NCBI GenBank assembly: GCA_964359165.1
Contig: CAYHRV010000008.1
Coordinates: 1-23,257, forward strand
Direction: 5' to 3'
Source: an uncultured Elusimicrobia bacterium
Lineage (GTDB): Bacteria > Elusimicrobiota > Elusimicrobia > UBA1565
DNA length: 23,257 bases
Part shown: positions 18,101 to 21,040 of the stretch, piece by piece
How positions within the stretch are numbered: the stretch's first letter is position 1
Layout of the letters: the number at the start of each line of letters is the position of its first letter
Position numbers and translations under genes: made by a program
Notes under the pieces: model-generated
Seen by the model: only the letters and a program-made list of their open reading frames with translations
Told to the model about the DNA's origin: nothing
Database searches by the model: none

Positions 18101-18425
18101 GGTCCAGGTCGGCGTCCTTCCGCCGGGGGGGATCTCCGACGCCGCCAACTATCCCAACCCCTTCGACTCGCGCAAGAGGGACACGACCATCGTGTACACC
18201 CTGAGCGCGAACGCGGACATGTCCATCAAGATATACGACGTGTATGGCCGCTTGGTCCGGGAGATCGGCTACGGCGCGGGCGGACCCGGGGGCCAGGCCG
18301 GGACCAACGAGGTCAAGTGGGACGGCACGGACGCGGGGGGCCGGAAAGTATCCAAGGGCATCTACCTGGCCGTGCTCCAATCCGGCGGAGCCAAGGTCAT
18401 CCTAAAGATCGGCGTCATTCACTGA
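3..18425 (+). CDS. Giant multidomain surface/secreted protein, 5'-truncated: VCBS/FG-GAP propellers, FnIII-like, LamG-like and Kelch-like repeats, C-terminal FlgD-Ig/T9SS-type-A-like domain
   Basis: The 6120-codon ORF stays open upstream of the listed GTG (63) to the window edge; codons from nt 3 read GNSYGVAWGDYDNDGDLDAIVANYSNQDEFLIRNDT, itself a VCBS blade. Stop TGA at 18423-18425. Repeat and domain motifs run throughout. Confidence 0.96.
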   Translation, partial: GNSYGVAWGDYDNDGDLDAIVANYSNQDEFLIRNDTAAVHAAPTPPGAFSASFQEYGLSSSSGVLTLSWGNGADVENSTASLRYFIRVGTTVAGSSTTFKIPARYSLDGYSGGGSSLYSTKISSAVRGMKLVMQKETTVYWAVVTEDGEFQRSAQSAEQTAFLAAPGAVTDLRVASIVSTGLGASSMTVTLAWTAPGENGYTGAITGGSYDIRYSTLAPITSTNAYAAAAFTISVATNANPGETHSYAIPLLEAKATHYFAITVKDAAGVRSGLSNPTTAQAYVDALSGTADGAYDLAFGDYDRDGDLDAITANSGAADETLLRNDGNSVFTRLTVAGSAGDSRGVAWGDYDNDGDLDAAVANAGGQDEVLLRNDGGGAFAVVALTGSGGDSAGVAWGDHDNDGDLDLAVSNAGGQDEYIARNNGDGTFSTFTLTGTAGASWGVGWGDYDNDGDLDLAVANAAANMVLARNDGNGVFSTSSVAGTSNYRALAWGDFDGDGDLDLVLGTNGDELLVRNNGNGTFTSAALTGSGGDTYGLAAGDYDNDGDLDLLLGNFAGVDETLLRNDGVGNFTPVVLGGTGRSTLGASWGDFDGDGDLDAMLAASNVDDFILRNDTASTHNAPTAPAGGFSSSFQEYGIASSSGVLTLSWGNGSDTPHSTTTLRYLVRVGTTVAGSSTTVKIPSRFSVGGFSGSLPYSTNVSSAVRGMKLVLQKEATVYWAVAAEDSEFARSAQSAEQTASLVAPGRVTDLRVVSIVSTGLGASTMTVTLQWTAPGDDGYSGALAGGTFDLRYSTLAPILGWNDYSTAPFTVSIASSVNAGELQTYVIADLDVRTSHYFAITTKDGLGVRSALSNLNAIATGYILLLPGTSGSDPGAAWGDYDRDGDLDLLLSDSRLMRNDGNGSFVQVAVPGMGGFGASWGDYDNDGDLDIVSNANAIGDEVVLRNDGGAFTAVAVTGSGGNSAGGNAWGDFNNDGRLDFAAANQSAENEVLARNNGNGTFSTSTLTGSGGSSQGIAWGDYDNDGDLDLAVANGGEDPVLLRNNGGGALSVTTALNGFGFPVRAIAWGDYDKDGDLDLALARSGGADESLLRNNGNGTFTEAVLTGSGGDSFGVAWGDYDNDGDLDLAVANAGGGDEVVLRNNGNGTFSKFILAGTAGNTHGITWGDFDGDGDLDLAAASDDKQVMVLRNDAALAHSVPTPPVAGFSASYQEYDASASSGVLTLQWGNGSDVEDSTATLRYFVRVGTTVAESSTTLKLPSRYSLDGFAGGGSFLYSTQVSSAARGIKLVMQKETTVYWSVLTEDSEFLRSSSSTEQTSYLIAPGRVTDLRVSAISSTGLGASSMTVTLQWTAPGDNGYSGALSGALYDIRYSTLAPITAAGAYLAAPFTLSISTNVNPGETQTALLQYLEAKATHYFAITAKDSTGVRSLLSNPATAEAYVRYPAATGGNSKAVAWGDYDKDGDLDALVANGGGADEFLMRNDGNGAFTKVTIAGSGGDSTAVAWGDYDNDGDLDALVANTGNEDEFLLRNDGGAFTKVALTGTAGNSKAAAWGDYDNDGDLDALVANAGTQDEYLLRNNGTSFSSAAIVGIGGDSNGVAWGDHDGDGDLDAVVANGGAEDEVLLRNDGSGVFVPLVMAGGSGGASYGAAWGDYDNDGDLDILVANGGAEDEVLLRNDGGGTFFKITLTGSGGDTRGAVWGDADNDGDLDILAATGGGEDKILLRNDGGGTFAKVVLAGSGSESRGASWGDYDGDGDLDAVLAGDSAQDESILRNDLASSHNAPSAPSSGFSASFQEYGIFATSGVLTLSWGNGSDAETPAASLRYLVRIGTTVAGSSTTLKVPVRVSLNGSSPYSTRITPAARGLKIIIQKETTAYWAVTAEDGESLRSSESVEQSAFLAAPAAIADLAAAQDNTVETSSSAWMTLTWTVPGEDGSASTLQSGAVYDLRWSTVGVVDSQAKYEAVPNQSLIAADGQIPGTVRTQLVAVPPGKTYYFALTVKDSLGSRSGLSNAAAGVFANALMEETTGVAIPTALQGDTTAFLKVKLWVDSGTLTWLKIAVRKTGGVPDSAVKNVAVYQDSNANGVFDAADSFALRTSPAVFVSSAATLTLSPAQTINTTTKTYFVALQFEPANLQTDGSSVAVRLDPQPFTVRGAGIPGTDLPALLLDGVDDQVRVPTSGSLNAIGALTVEAWVKTTDSGADRSIVTRANGGLTQGFRLWLNGAGCGAGVPTLFIGPAFLCANREGTPVRVDDGRWHHVAAAYNDLNGKRIFVDGEMLSTGPVSAGVLADTSDLAFGGPNPAGGGYLAGVLDEVRVSNFMRYTSGFVPALRNSTDGGTALLHHFDALVGTGTLVVDASANGNNGTLLGNMAGYGRSTSTVLVDVQDVLQSSGTDISPTTMYRNATDVGLLKLQLWTDHDYATFQRISVGHFGSGSEAGVTNIRMYKDDGDGLFSPVLDSNLTLGQDFAVGKATFDLVAAGQTQVITPSTKTYFFSWDITGAAQIGESLGLQIGSTEDILLSGTTDAVSALSFPIQTATRAVVAASAFVAAETATGTWVNISSIVFNGNFNLGNVNHFHPRWDQNPATSITGTEPLWNAGKTTTTATQDANDWYFHVKAFDGSDTPGTQQDLGPFFVDRTPPSASLFRSFNSTAGALAEAQVNDLALGVTVQLAVQDALSGLSLDGLAPLAPVEGTVGLWHFDDPSGSVWKDSGTAGIQLSGSGVVTRAAGRFRTGLLFDGSGNLSASPSSLPLGAAVRSIEAWINPVSTQTTLGLVTWGAAGSNTLMRFGMINGKLSSDMGGVSNLAGPVLSTGVWQHAAFTYDGSAARYYLNGVFVGSHTYGAVATSAGTLYVGAGEGATLKFRGTIDEARILNRVLSAEEVYNDRFRGDPYYAAYSTSAGNSWQFVLSTTPGSGPWVARSGAHGSSALETISVYGLNLIVSTSNAAGAQATNQVLFYAADTAGNAQVSGPFGLVVDTNAAVALSTPIAPANGVYTGPRPNFDWAGPSTTSVAAMAGPGGNGGRFYLQAAANDPSFSPGSIVLSISTPALVADTSLSRVVGVYQSTFTLAEGNTYYWRVRSLSSLGVSGPWSAYSSFVVDASSPSASSYLLFNSSGGALGETQYTDILRGATAQMTFADGLAGFPRKLDFGPNAGTIALWHFNERDGSFPVDASTNSLAGTLIGINASSAAYRATPFGAGLRCEGAQAMLASSAPFNFAAGSEFTFEAWINPDSVTGIQIIGGVGSVSPGAGNGNWLLRIDNSKLYFTNATSAGFATLPGVVSAGVWQHVAMTVRGSKTSFYVNGVLNSVGGNGANSGTYDKPFALCTAIGTSGVYENPYQGLIDEVRILNYEATAEQVASDHAATAPGIFSVEYSTTAGNTWAVVSATTPAAGYAYLSFPGAEGGLGPDTLVLRDMTLAHSTNSSAGAAATNQVRFIVPDRAGNFQTAGPFAVLADTVAATAVSTPSYPVGGAYAQTRTNFLWAGPSTKTASGMGASASYLLQVDDAQDFSSPDISVSTPVATHSTSAVTVFGAYVSTFTLADATTFYWRVMAKDFLGQLSPPLTTGKFVTDMSTPVSSSFGTFDSTRGFTSESGANNLQSGVTAQLTVQEAGPSGLRTGLLDGNRTFGVIYTTGGHNPAASVTWNDGGMAEALSDSAGGYFTSLAVYQGRLYAGLATGGSGGKVYSFDGSAWAAPDPFVNDVLALMEFQGKLYAGLEGGEVWGFDGALWTLAADLPEVRVNSLAEYHGRLYAATGSQGRIYAYDPAAGSWYETYKSTNVEIFSLEVYNGRLFAGGNPTLYAFSGSTWTPAFHFQAGGNFYDLQTHNGKLYAATNNQRVYSYDGSAWTFFTPPETEIRALGAHQGRLYFGASLPSIGRVYTHDGKDLLRVRDLATNSDRIFALKTFQDRLYMGAQSGAGPAKVYVSTPLASSITGVDGTNSAQTLQATGLDLIASQNGVVCGGSSPCLATNQVRLTVSDMAGNVHQAGPFSVLVDPLIVPSTAVYPADGSFVRASSPVFTWSELNPMTTHQVQVSSVPSFSNLSVDKLFNTPSFTSPMALAHGTTYYWRIRSQNAAGIYSAYSEPISFAMDLARPSTSAFRHVSSSGGALGESQFNALASGLTVQIDIQDAFSGLDGGPLRLPVDQAAALYPFDEGQGNYALPLSGANRLGFSGASAWAQGLYGKAVKFDGTNSLYSNSAADLPLGNSARTLEAWVYPEDSNGGGILQYGNLMRLSINGSCSAGTGTTGNGKLCLDAADSGDYTFTPNQWHHVAFTYDGNGSGALYADGVHVATVTRSFATPAGDVWVGSAAACGSFNGRIDELRVLSKGLSGAELRADYLRAGAFRAEVSTTAGQAWEVIAATAPHNGRYLALSGAPGSAAVETMSLYHLDLPESTTTLKGASGTNQVKFVVSDRAGNEVTAGPYTVLKDTTVLQPSLFWMVPLSTQSIYLVASATDNFSGIRDFQFEISSSVLFNSSVSTSPWVESATYTFTGLLNSTTYFARVRARDNLLNVSIPSRLDQVGGFAIPAATSTFGSVYYATAPAAPASALQDSYVPMVKFTLQTPPGATSKFFYLRVRKTGNTADSSIVEASVHTDGNSDGVFQSTADVRQAGSPLVNGTALINLSAEGSTQQLNDTAKTFFVALRMRSDAPPGETVGLDILQASDFGLQFPSSPEGPFPTSAAPIPISDGVNDLTIAGVSLSPVVAQPNEKNIKLLRLQAQTNSGTSIINSIAFQLKGTLPSTQLKSLTVWRDKDGDGGFDPAVDEAVSDGNDSFAGGVSTVALTAQASSRTVSVTPTIFFLSADILPTATLGDWFQVEFATANVALLNPLDIVKFAEAGTIISSACTVQQNNIVTVSTTDVMPVAFFQGESYTVLKLMAQVDIGFAVVNRFQISAVGTGQDSDVTTVSVWRDLTVDGGPLNKVTDKLLGSAPFVSGLATMDIPAELNEDYKKLLAGTTAVFFVTYDIGPGASPGRSLGAKLTNASYLRMATPLSAVVSSFPVVTATALIQATTNFLQIPTVVSLAPGGVDQGASDIPMLRFDLLSNKNNFSWQGVVVEKTGTAQDSDVGAVKVWLDNGDGVFSVAMDSAITNGLDTFLSGQANVALTTPQTISKSTQSYFITVGVSPSAVPGRTIGLQVATSASLVVNYPNEVSTMTVAFPLEGGPAPINQFANTVSVTTASIVPVLGAEPGTQNVAVMSLEMKTNVSNARWLILPISQIGTAPDTDLGDVKVYYDVSNIGSFNSANLSSYVLITSTGHRFGQNGPKSVRLAFASPPTLGPATQRFFVTVDLNSSAKPENTVKLRTNVSAGEPGIIESPNTLAISFESSALNINPPPTLMYVLAASSAPASVNQGDSNLPILTLRAWMAAYTGQWTQLAVSRWAPGLDSDVSGVKLFYDSNDNGVLDVTSDQRLSTASFVAGTATLGFSTQTIRVATQTYFLTYDISITAGGGNGASASLGAPGVFTVAAPHSVSSLGFPIQSASATVKATQTGLFALGQAKAPGQLVQSATNQVMLTLELYTTQYALLWSGLSVQRTGTASDADITAVHVWTDGGTYGVIDPEDKDITSGLNSFLAGSAGVSLVNVQTIGTSHARYLVTVDIAPFADPAKTFGLSVAAASAFTLNSPNVAVDQNFPMTVAPVPLRKLPENLVVTPQNLMPGGVNQGQESTAAKLLVRASRDRVTWTRLKLAKAGSIEEASVREVRIVKDLDGSGAVSSGDLIVGSGTFSSGVADIVFFAAQTVTASTATYFMTMVLDSSATVDALAGFTLGNETFFSVDAPDGAVLNGTSFATTLGKVLDSKTPLMPVVTLDGAMSSQFEYLHFVWNSTVAFGSMDKAWYAVGTDSSTDAGRQNVLAYTAIPVTAVDYKGIGFPLKSGTTYYVSVKTQSSFGFFSPAGISPGMLMDFTVPPVPAPAVTAGQAAVLVSWGTVGGGPTGIAGYLVEYRKGDSPIWYNAKTKSRSSVASVSSMRADVRVAEVITSTAELVTGGSFQGTDLPSGTLYVRVRSVTGAGVASAPSEPVKVQVGVLPPGGISDAANYPNPFDSRKRDTTIVYTLSANADMSIKIYDVYGRLVREIGYGAGGPGGQAGTNEVKWDGTDAGGRKVSKGIYLAVLQSGGAKVILKIGVIH
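106..870 (+). other. Two tandem fibronectin-III-like domains (post-propeller pair, copy 1)
   Basis: PPGAFSASFQEYG...VLTLSWGNGADVENSTASLRYFIRVGTTVAGSS...TVYWAVVTEDGEF, then PGAVTDLRV...MTVTLAWTAPGENG...YDIRYSTLAPI...THYFAITVKDAAGVRSGLSN. Confidence 0.75.
870..1845 (+). other. Seven-repeat FG-GAP/VCBS beta-propeller domain
   Basis: Seven GD(Y/F/H)DxDGDLD repeats: FGDYDRDGDLD, VAWGDYDNDGDLD, VAWGDHDNDGDLD, VGWGDYDNDGDLD, LAWGDFDGDGDLD, LAAGDYDNDGDLD, ASWGDFDGDGDLD. Confidence 0.88.
1846..2598 (+). other. FnIII-like domain pair, copy 2
   Basis: APTAPAGGFSSSFQEYGIASSSGVLTLSWGNGSDTPHSTTTLRYLVRVGTTVAGSS... and PGRVTDLRVVSIVSTGLGASTMTVTLQWTAPGDDGYSG...; close to copy 1. Confidence 0.75.
2599..3575 (+). 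other. Seven-repeat FG-GAP/VCBS beta-propeller domain
   Basis: AAWGDYDRDGDLD, ASWGDYDNDGDLD, NAWGDFNNDGRLD, IAWGDYDNDGDLD, IAWGDYDKDGDLD, VAWGDYDNDGDLD, ITWGDFDGDGDLD. Confidence 0.88.
3576..4334 (+). other. FnIII-like domain pair, copy 3
   Basis: PTPPVAGFSASYQEYDASASSGVLTLQWGNGSDVEDSTATLRYFVRVGTTVAESS...; PGRVTDLRVSAISSTGLGASSMTVTLQWTAPGDNGYSG... Confidence 0.75.
4335..5330 (+). other. Seven-repeat FG-GAP/VCBS beta-propeller domain
   Basis: VAWGDYDKDGDLD, VAWGDYDNDGDLD, AAWGDYDNDGDLD, VAWGDHDGDGDLD, AAWGDYDNDGDLD, AVWGDADNDGDLD, ASWGDYDGDGDLD. Confidence 0.88.
5331..6075 (+). other. FnIII-like domain pair, copy 4 (second member more divergent)
   Basis: SAPSSGFSASFQEYGIFATSGVLTLSWGNGSDAETPAASLRYLVRIGTTVAGSS...; AIADLAAAQDNTVETSSSAWMTLTWTVPGEDG...KTYYFALTVKDSLGSRSGLSN. 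Confidence 0.7.
6076..6490 (+). repeat. Unassigned beta-rich repeat domain with Ca-loop-like motif (isolated copy A)
   Basis: FLKVKLWVDSGTLTWLKIAVRKTGGVPDSAVKNVAVYQDSNANGVFDAADSFALRTSPAVFVSSAATLTLSPAQTINTTTKTYFVALQFE. Confidence 0.6.
6507..7010 (+). other. LamG/concanavalin-A-like domain 1
   Basis: LLLDGVDDQVRVPTSGSLNAIGALTVEAWVKTTD...DGRWHHVAAAYNDLNGKRIFVDGE...LAGVLDEVRVSNFMRYTSGF. Confidence 0.85.
7159..7620 (+). repeat. Unassigned beta-rich repeat domain (isolated copy B)
   Basis: GLLKLQLWTDHDYATFQRISVGHFGSGSEAGVTNIRMYKDDGDGLFSPVLDSNLTL...TQVITPSTKTYFFSWDITGAAQIGESLGLQI. Confidence 0.55.
8087..8690 (+). other. LamG-like domain 2
   Basis: EGTVGLWHFDDPSGSVWKDSG...RTGLLFDGSGNLSA...RSIEAWINPVSTQTT...WQHAAFTYDGSAARYYLNGVFVG...FRGTIDEARILNRVLSAEEV. 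Confidence 0.88.
9475..10110 (+). other. LamG-like domain 3
   Basis: AGTIALWHFNERDGSFPVDASTNSLAG...FTFEAWINPDSVTG...WQHVAMTVRGSKTSFYVNGVLN...YQGLIDEVRILNYEATAEQV. Confidence 0.88.
10990..11800 (+). other. Seven-repeat Kelch-like beta-propeller region
   Basis: Seven (L)xxxxGRLYAG...VYxFDGSxW repeats: SLAVYQGRLYAGLATG, ALMEFQGKLYAGLEGG, SLAEYHGRLYAATGSQ, SLEVYNGRLFAGGN, DLQTHNGKLYAATNN, ALGAHQGRLYFGAS, ALKTFQDRLYMGAQSG. Confidence 0.8.
12450..13050 (+). other. LamG-like domain 4
   Basis: AALYPFDEGQGNYALPLSG...GKAVKFDGTNSLYSNSAADLPLG...RTLEAWVYPEDSNGG...WHHVAFTYDGNGSGALYADGVHVATV...FNGRIDELRVLSKGLSGAEL. Confidence 0.88.
13680..17420 (+). repeat. Tandem array of about eight copies of the unassigned ~155-165 aa beta-rich repeat domain
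   Basis: Anchor segments recur every ~463-492 nt: ADSSIVEASVHTDGNSDGVF, STQLKSLTVWRDKDGDGGFD, QDSDVTTVSVWRDLTVDGG, QDSDVGAVKVWLDNGDGVF, PDTDLGDVKVYYDVSNIGSF, LDSDVSGVKLFYDSNDNGVLD, SDADITAVHVWTDGGTYGVID, EEASVREVRIVKDLDGSGAV. Most are followed by a QTIxxxTxTYFxTYDI-like segment. Confidence 0.75.
17440..18110 (+). other. FnIII-like domain(s)
   Basis: FEYLHFVWNSTVAFGSMDKAWYAVGTDSS...GTTYYVSVKTQSSFGFFS; VPAPAVTAGQAAVLVSWGTVGGGPTGIAGYLVEYRKG...GTLYVRVRSVTGAGVASAPSEPVKV. Confidence 0.65.
18130..18422 (+). other. C-terminal FlgD-Ig-like / T9SS type-A-like sorting domain
   Basis: ANYPNPFDSRKRDTTIVYTLSANADMSIKIYDVYGRLVREIGYG...GTNEVKWDGTDAGGRKVSKGIYLAVLQSGGAKVILKIGVIH: YPNPF, IYD..GR, WDG.D..G, GIYL signature at the extreme C-terminus. 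Confidence 0.8.
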
Positions 18426-18430
18426 TTATC

Positions 18431-18472
18431 CTGAAAATCCAGCAAATTCCATGGAATTTGCTGGATTTTCAG
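18431..18472. repeat. Perfect 42-bp palindrome / strong hairpin in the intergenic gap
   Basis: CTGAAAATCCAGCAAATTC-CATG-GAATTTGCTGGATTTTCAG; the arms are exact reverse complements and the central CATG is self-complementary. About 38% GC inside a much more GC-rich region. Confidence 0.95.
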
Positions 18473-18491
18473 TCACATTCGTGGTTTCTTC

Positions 18492-20087
18492 GTGATTCAG
18501 CGCGCGAGCGGGCTACACTATAGCGTGCGCGGATTCCTCGCCGTCATCAGCCTTATTTCCCTCTCCATCCCCCCGGCTTTCTGCGCAGGCGTCGCCGGAA
18601 GGCCGGGCGACCTGTTCAATTTCGGCGCCGGGGCGCGCTCCTTGGGCATGGGCTCGGCCGCGACCGCGGTGGTCAACGACGTGACCTCCGTCTACTACAA
18701 CCCCGCGGGGCTGGGCCTGCTGCCCTCGCGGGAAGTCGTGTTCATGCGCGCCATGCTCTTCCAGGGGGCCAACTACGATTATCTGGGCTACGCGCAGAAC
18801 AAGAGCAAGACGGCCGGCGGCTGGGGCTTGGAGTTCATCCGCCTGGGCATCCAGGGGGCGGAGGGGCGCGATGAGTTCAACCAGCCGACCGGCGGGTTCG
18901 GCTATTCCGAGACCGCCTTCTCCTTCGCCAGCGGCTGGCGGGGGGTGCTCCACCCCAACATGTCCCTGGGAGTGCGGGGCAAGATGCTCCAGCGCAGCCT
19001 GGCCGGCAGTTCGGACAGGCTCGTGGGCGTTGATTTCGGGGCGCAGGCCGGCCCCTTCATGGGCGAGCGCCTGACCCTGGGCGCCGTGGCCTCCAACGTC
19101 GTGGGCCTCAAGACCGGCGACACCGACGACAAGCTCCCGACCTTCCTGCGCGTCGGGGCCGCCTACCGGGTGGCCGGGCCCCTCTCCATCGCCGGCGACT
19201 TCTCCAACGACAAGGAGTTCCGCCTGGGCACGGAGTACGCCTTCGGCATGGTGTCCGTGCGCCTGGGCATGGCCGATGAGGGCCTCACCTTCGGGGGCGG
19301 CCTGGTCTTCAAGAACCGCTACCGCATGGACCTGGCCGTGCTCAGCCATCCCGAATTGGGAATGTCCCAGAGGATATCCCTCGGGTATCGTTTCGGCGCC
19401 GTCGCGCCCACGGCGAAGGGGCGCAAGATGCAGTTCTTCGCCGGGCAGTTCCTCGGAGAGGCCCAGGCCGCGCTCAAGAAGCGCGACTACCTCAAGGCCT
19501 CCTCGGCCCTGGACACGGGCATCGGCATCGACCCCAAGCTGGGCGGGGGGGAATGGCGCGCCAAGGCGGAGCGTCTGCGGCGCATCGTCATGAAGCTCGA
19601 CCTCCAAGCCCATCCCGAGGACGCCGAGGTGCTCGCCCAGGAGACCGAGGCGGCCTACATCGCCTATGCCGCCATCGACGCCTACCTGACGCGCGATGAG
19701 GACAGGGCCCTCCTGCTCGCGCACGCGGCCCTGGGCCAGGAGCCCAGCAAGGGCGCCTACCAGCACCTTCTGGACGCTCTCTCGGGACTCAGCGGCAGGC
19801 CGGTGGACCGCGACCTGGTCCTGCCTCCCGGGCGCCTGGCCGAGCTCAAGATGAAGAAAGCCGTGGACGCGGTCTACGCGCGGCGCTTTGAAGCCGCCAT
19901 CGTTCTGCTCCGGGAAGCGCTCTGGCTCGACCCGGAGAACGCCGCGGCCTGGACCAAGCTCGGGTCCGCCTATTTCGCGGTCAACGACAAGGAGCGCGCG
20001 GCCGAAGCCTACCGGAAAGCGGTGGAGCTCGATCCCGCCGACACCAAGCTCAAGGAGTTCATGCGCGCCCAAGGGATGCGGCAATAA
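18492..20087 (+). CDS. PorV/PorQ-like outer-membrane beta-barrel protein with C-terminal TPR-like region
   Basis: Signal-peptide-like FLAVISLISLSIPPAFCAG; then AGARSLGMGSAATAVVNDVTSVYYNPAGLGLL, the typical PorV/PorQ N-terminal motif; alternating beta-strand pattern up to ISLGYRFG; C-terminal helical repeats such as AAAWTKLGSAYFAVNDKERAAEAYRKAVELDP. The true start may be GTG 18525. Confidence 0.85.
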   Translation: MIQRASGLHYSVRGFLAVISLISLSIPPAFCAGVAGRPGDLFNFGAGARSLGMGSAATAVVNDVTSVYYNPAGLGLLPSREVVFMRAMLFQGANYDYLGYAQNKSKTAGGWGLEFIRLGIQGAEGRDEFNQPTGGFGYSETAFSFASGWRGVLHPNMSLGVRGKMLQRSLAGSSDRLVGVDFGAQAGPFMGERLTLGAVASNVVGLKTGDTDDKLPTFLRVGAAYRVAGPLSIAGDFSNDKEFRLGTEYAFGMVSVRLGMADEGLTFGGGLVFKNRYRMDLAVLSHPELGMSQRISLGYRFGAVAPTAKGRKMQFFAGQFLGEAQAALKKRDYLKASSALDTGIGIDPKLGGGEWRAKAERLRRIVMKLDLQAHPEDAEVLAQETEAAYIAYAAIDAYLTRDEDRALLLAHAALGQEPSKGAYQHLLDALSGLSGRPVDRDLVLPPGRLAELKMKKAVDAVYARRFEAAIVLLREALWLDPENAAAWTKLGSAYFAVNDKERAAEAYRKAVELDPADTKLKEFMRAQGMRQ

Positions 20088-20093
20088 GATCCG

Positions 20094-21040
20094 ATGGACA
20101 TTGTGATCGTGGTCGTCGTCCCCCTTCTGTTCCTGATGCTGGCCGCCAGCATGCTGGTGGTCAGCCAGCTCTCCGGCTTCTACCACTTCAACAAGTATTC
20201 GAAGCGCCAGCAGGAGAACAAGCGCGAGATCGCCACCTTCATGAACCGCCTGGCCGCGGCCCAGAACACCGTGTTCCAGCGCAGCCGGCAGCTCGAGGAC
20301 CTCTCCTCCCGGCTCCAGATGAACAATCAGGAGCTGGCGCGCCTCAACAGCATGAAGACCAAGTTCCTGTCTATGGCCGTCCACGACATGAGGACGCCTC
20401 TGGCCACCATGAAGGGCTTCGGAGAGATGCTCAGCCGGCAGGTCTATGAGGACAAGCAGAAGAAGTACGTCGATTACATCGTCCGCGGCAGCGACAAGAT
20501 CAACGACCTCCTGGCCGACCTCACCGACCTCTCCATCATCGAGGCCGGCAAGCTGCGCATGTCCAAGTCCCCCTTCGAGCTCTCCGCGATGCTCGACTCG
20601 GACATCACGCCCCGCATCGGATTCGCCGCCCAGGAGAAAGGCATCGTTTTCACCACGACGGGCCTTCCCCAGAGCGTCACAGTGCATGGAGACCGCGCGA
20701 ACCTCGCAAAAGCCCTCAAGAACATGCTCAATAACGCGGTCAAGTTCACCCCGGCCGGCGGAAAGGTGGACCTCAAGGTGACGCTGACCGGCCGCGGATT
20801 GCTCTTCCAGATCAAGGACACCGGCCCCGGCATCCACCTCTCCGAGCGCAAGCGCGTCTTCGAGAAGTTCTACCAATCGCAATTCGGAGACCCCAAGGCG
20901 AAGAAGCAGGGCTGGGGCCTGGGGCTGGCCATCGCCCAAGAGATCGTCAAGGCCCATCAAGGGGAGGCCGGGGTGGACTCCCCGGGACTGGGCAAGGGCT
21001 CGACCTTCTGGTGCCGCATCCCCCTCAAGCCCTCCCGCGC
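20094..21040 (+). other. Membrane-anchored histidine kinase region (HisKA + HATPase_c)
   Basis: TM near residues 4-27, then a Q/N/E/K-rich coiled-coil-like stretch, candidate phospho-His in VHDMRTP (CAC at 20382-20384, residue 97), full N/G1/F/G2 motif set, closing with GKGSTFWCRIPL. Confidence 0.92.

Noticed and set aside
13302-18380. 1692-aa minus-strand ORF
   Set aside because: Lies entirely antisense to well-supported repeat-domain coding sequence. Its translation is R/G/H/D-rich with no recognisable domains, as expected for a shadow ORF in high-GC, GC3-rich DNA.
18431-18472. Palindrome called as an intrinsic terminator
   Set aside because: The stem is strong, but it is followed by CACATTCG rather than a U-rich tract, and the loop is only 4 nt within a perfect palindrome. 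Kept as a repeat/hairpin of unknown role.
18426-18491. tRNA or small structured RNA in the intergenic gap
   Set aside because: The gap is only ~66-100 nt and contains the palindrome; no cloverleaf or conserved RNA motif can be seen.
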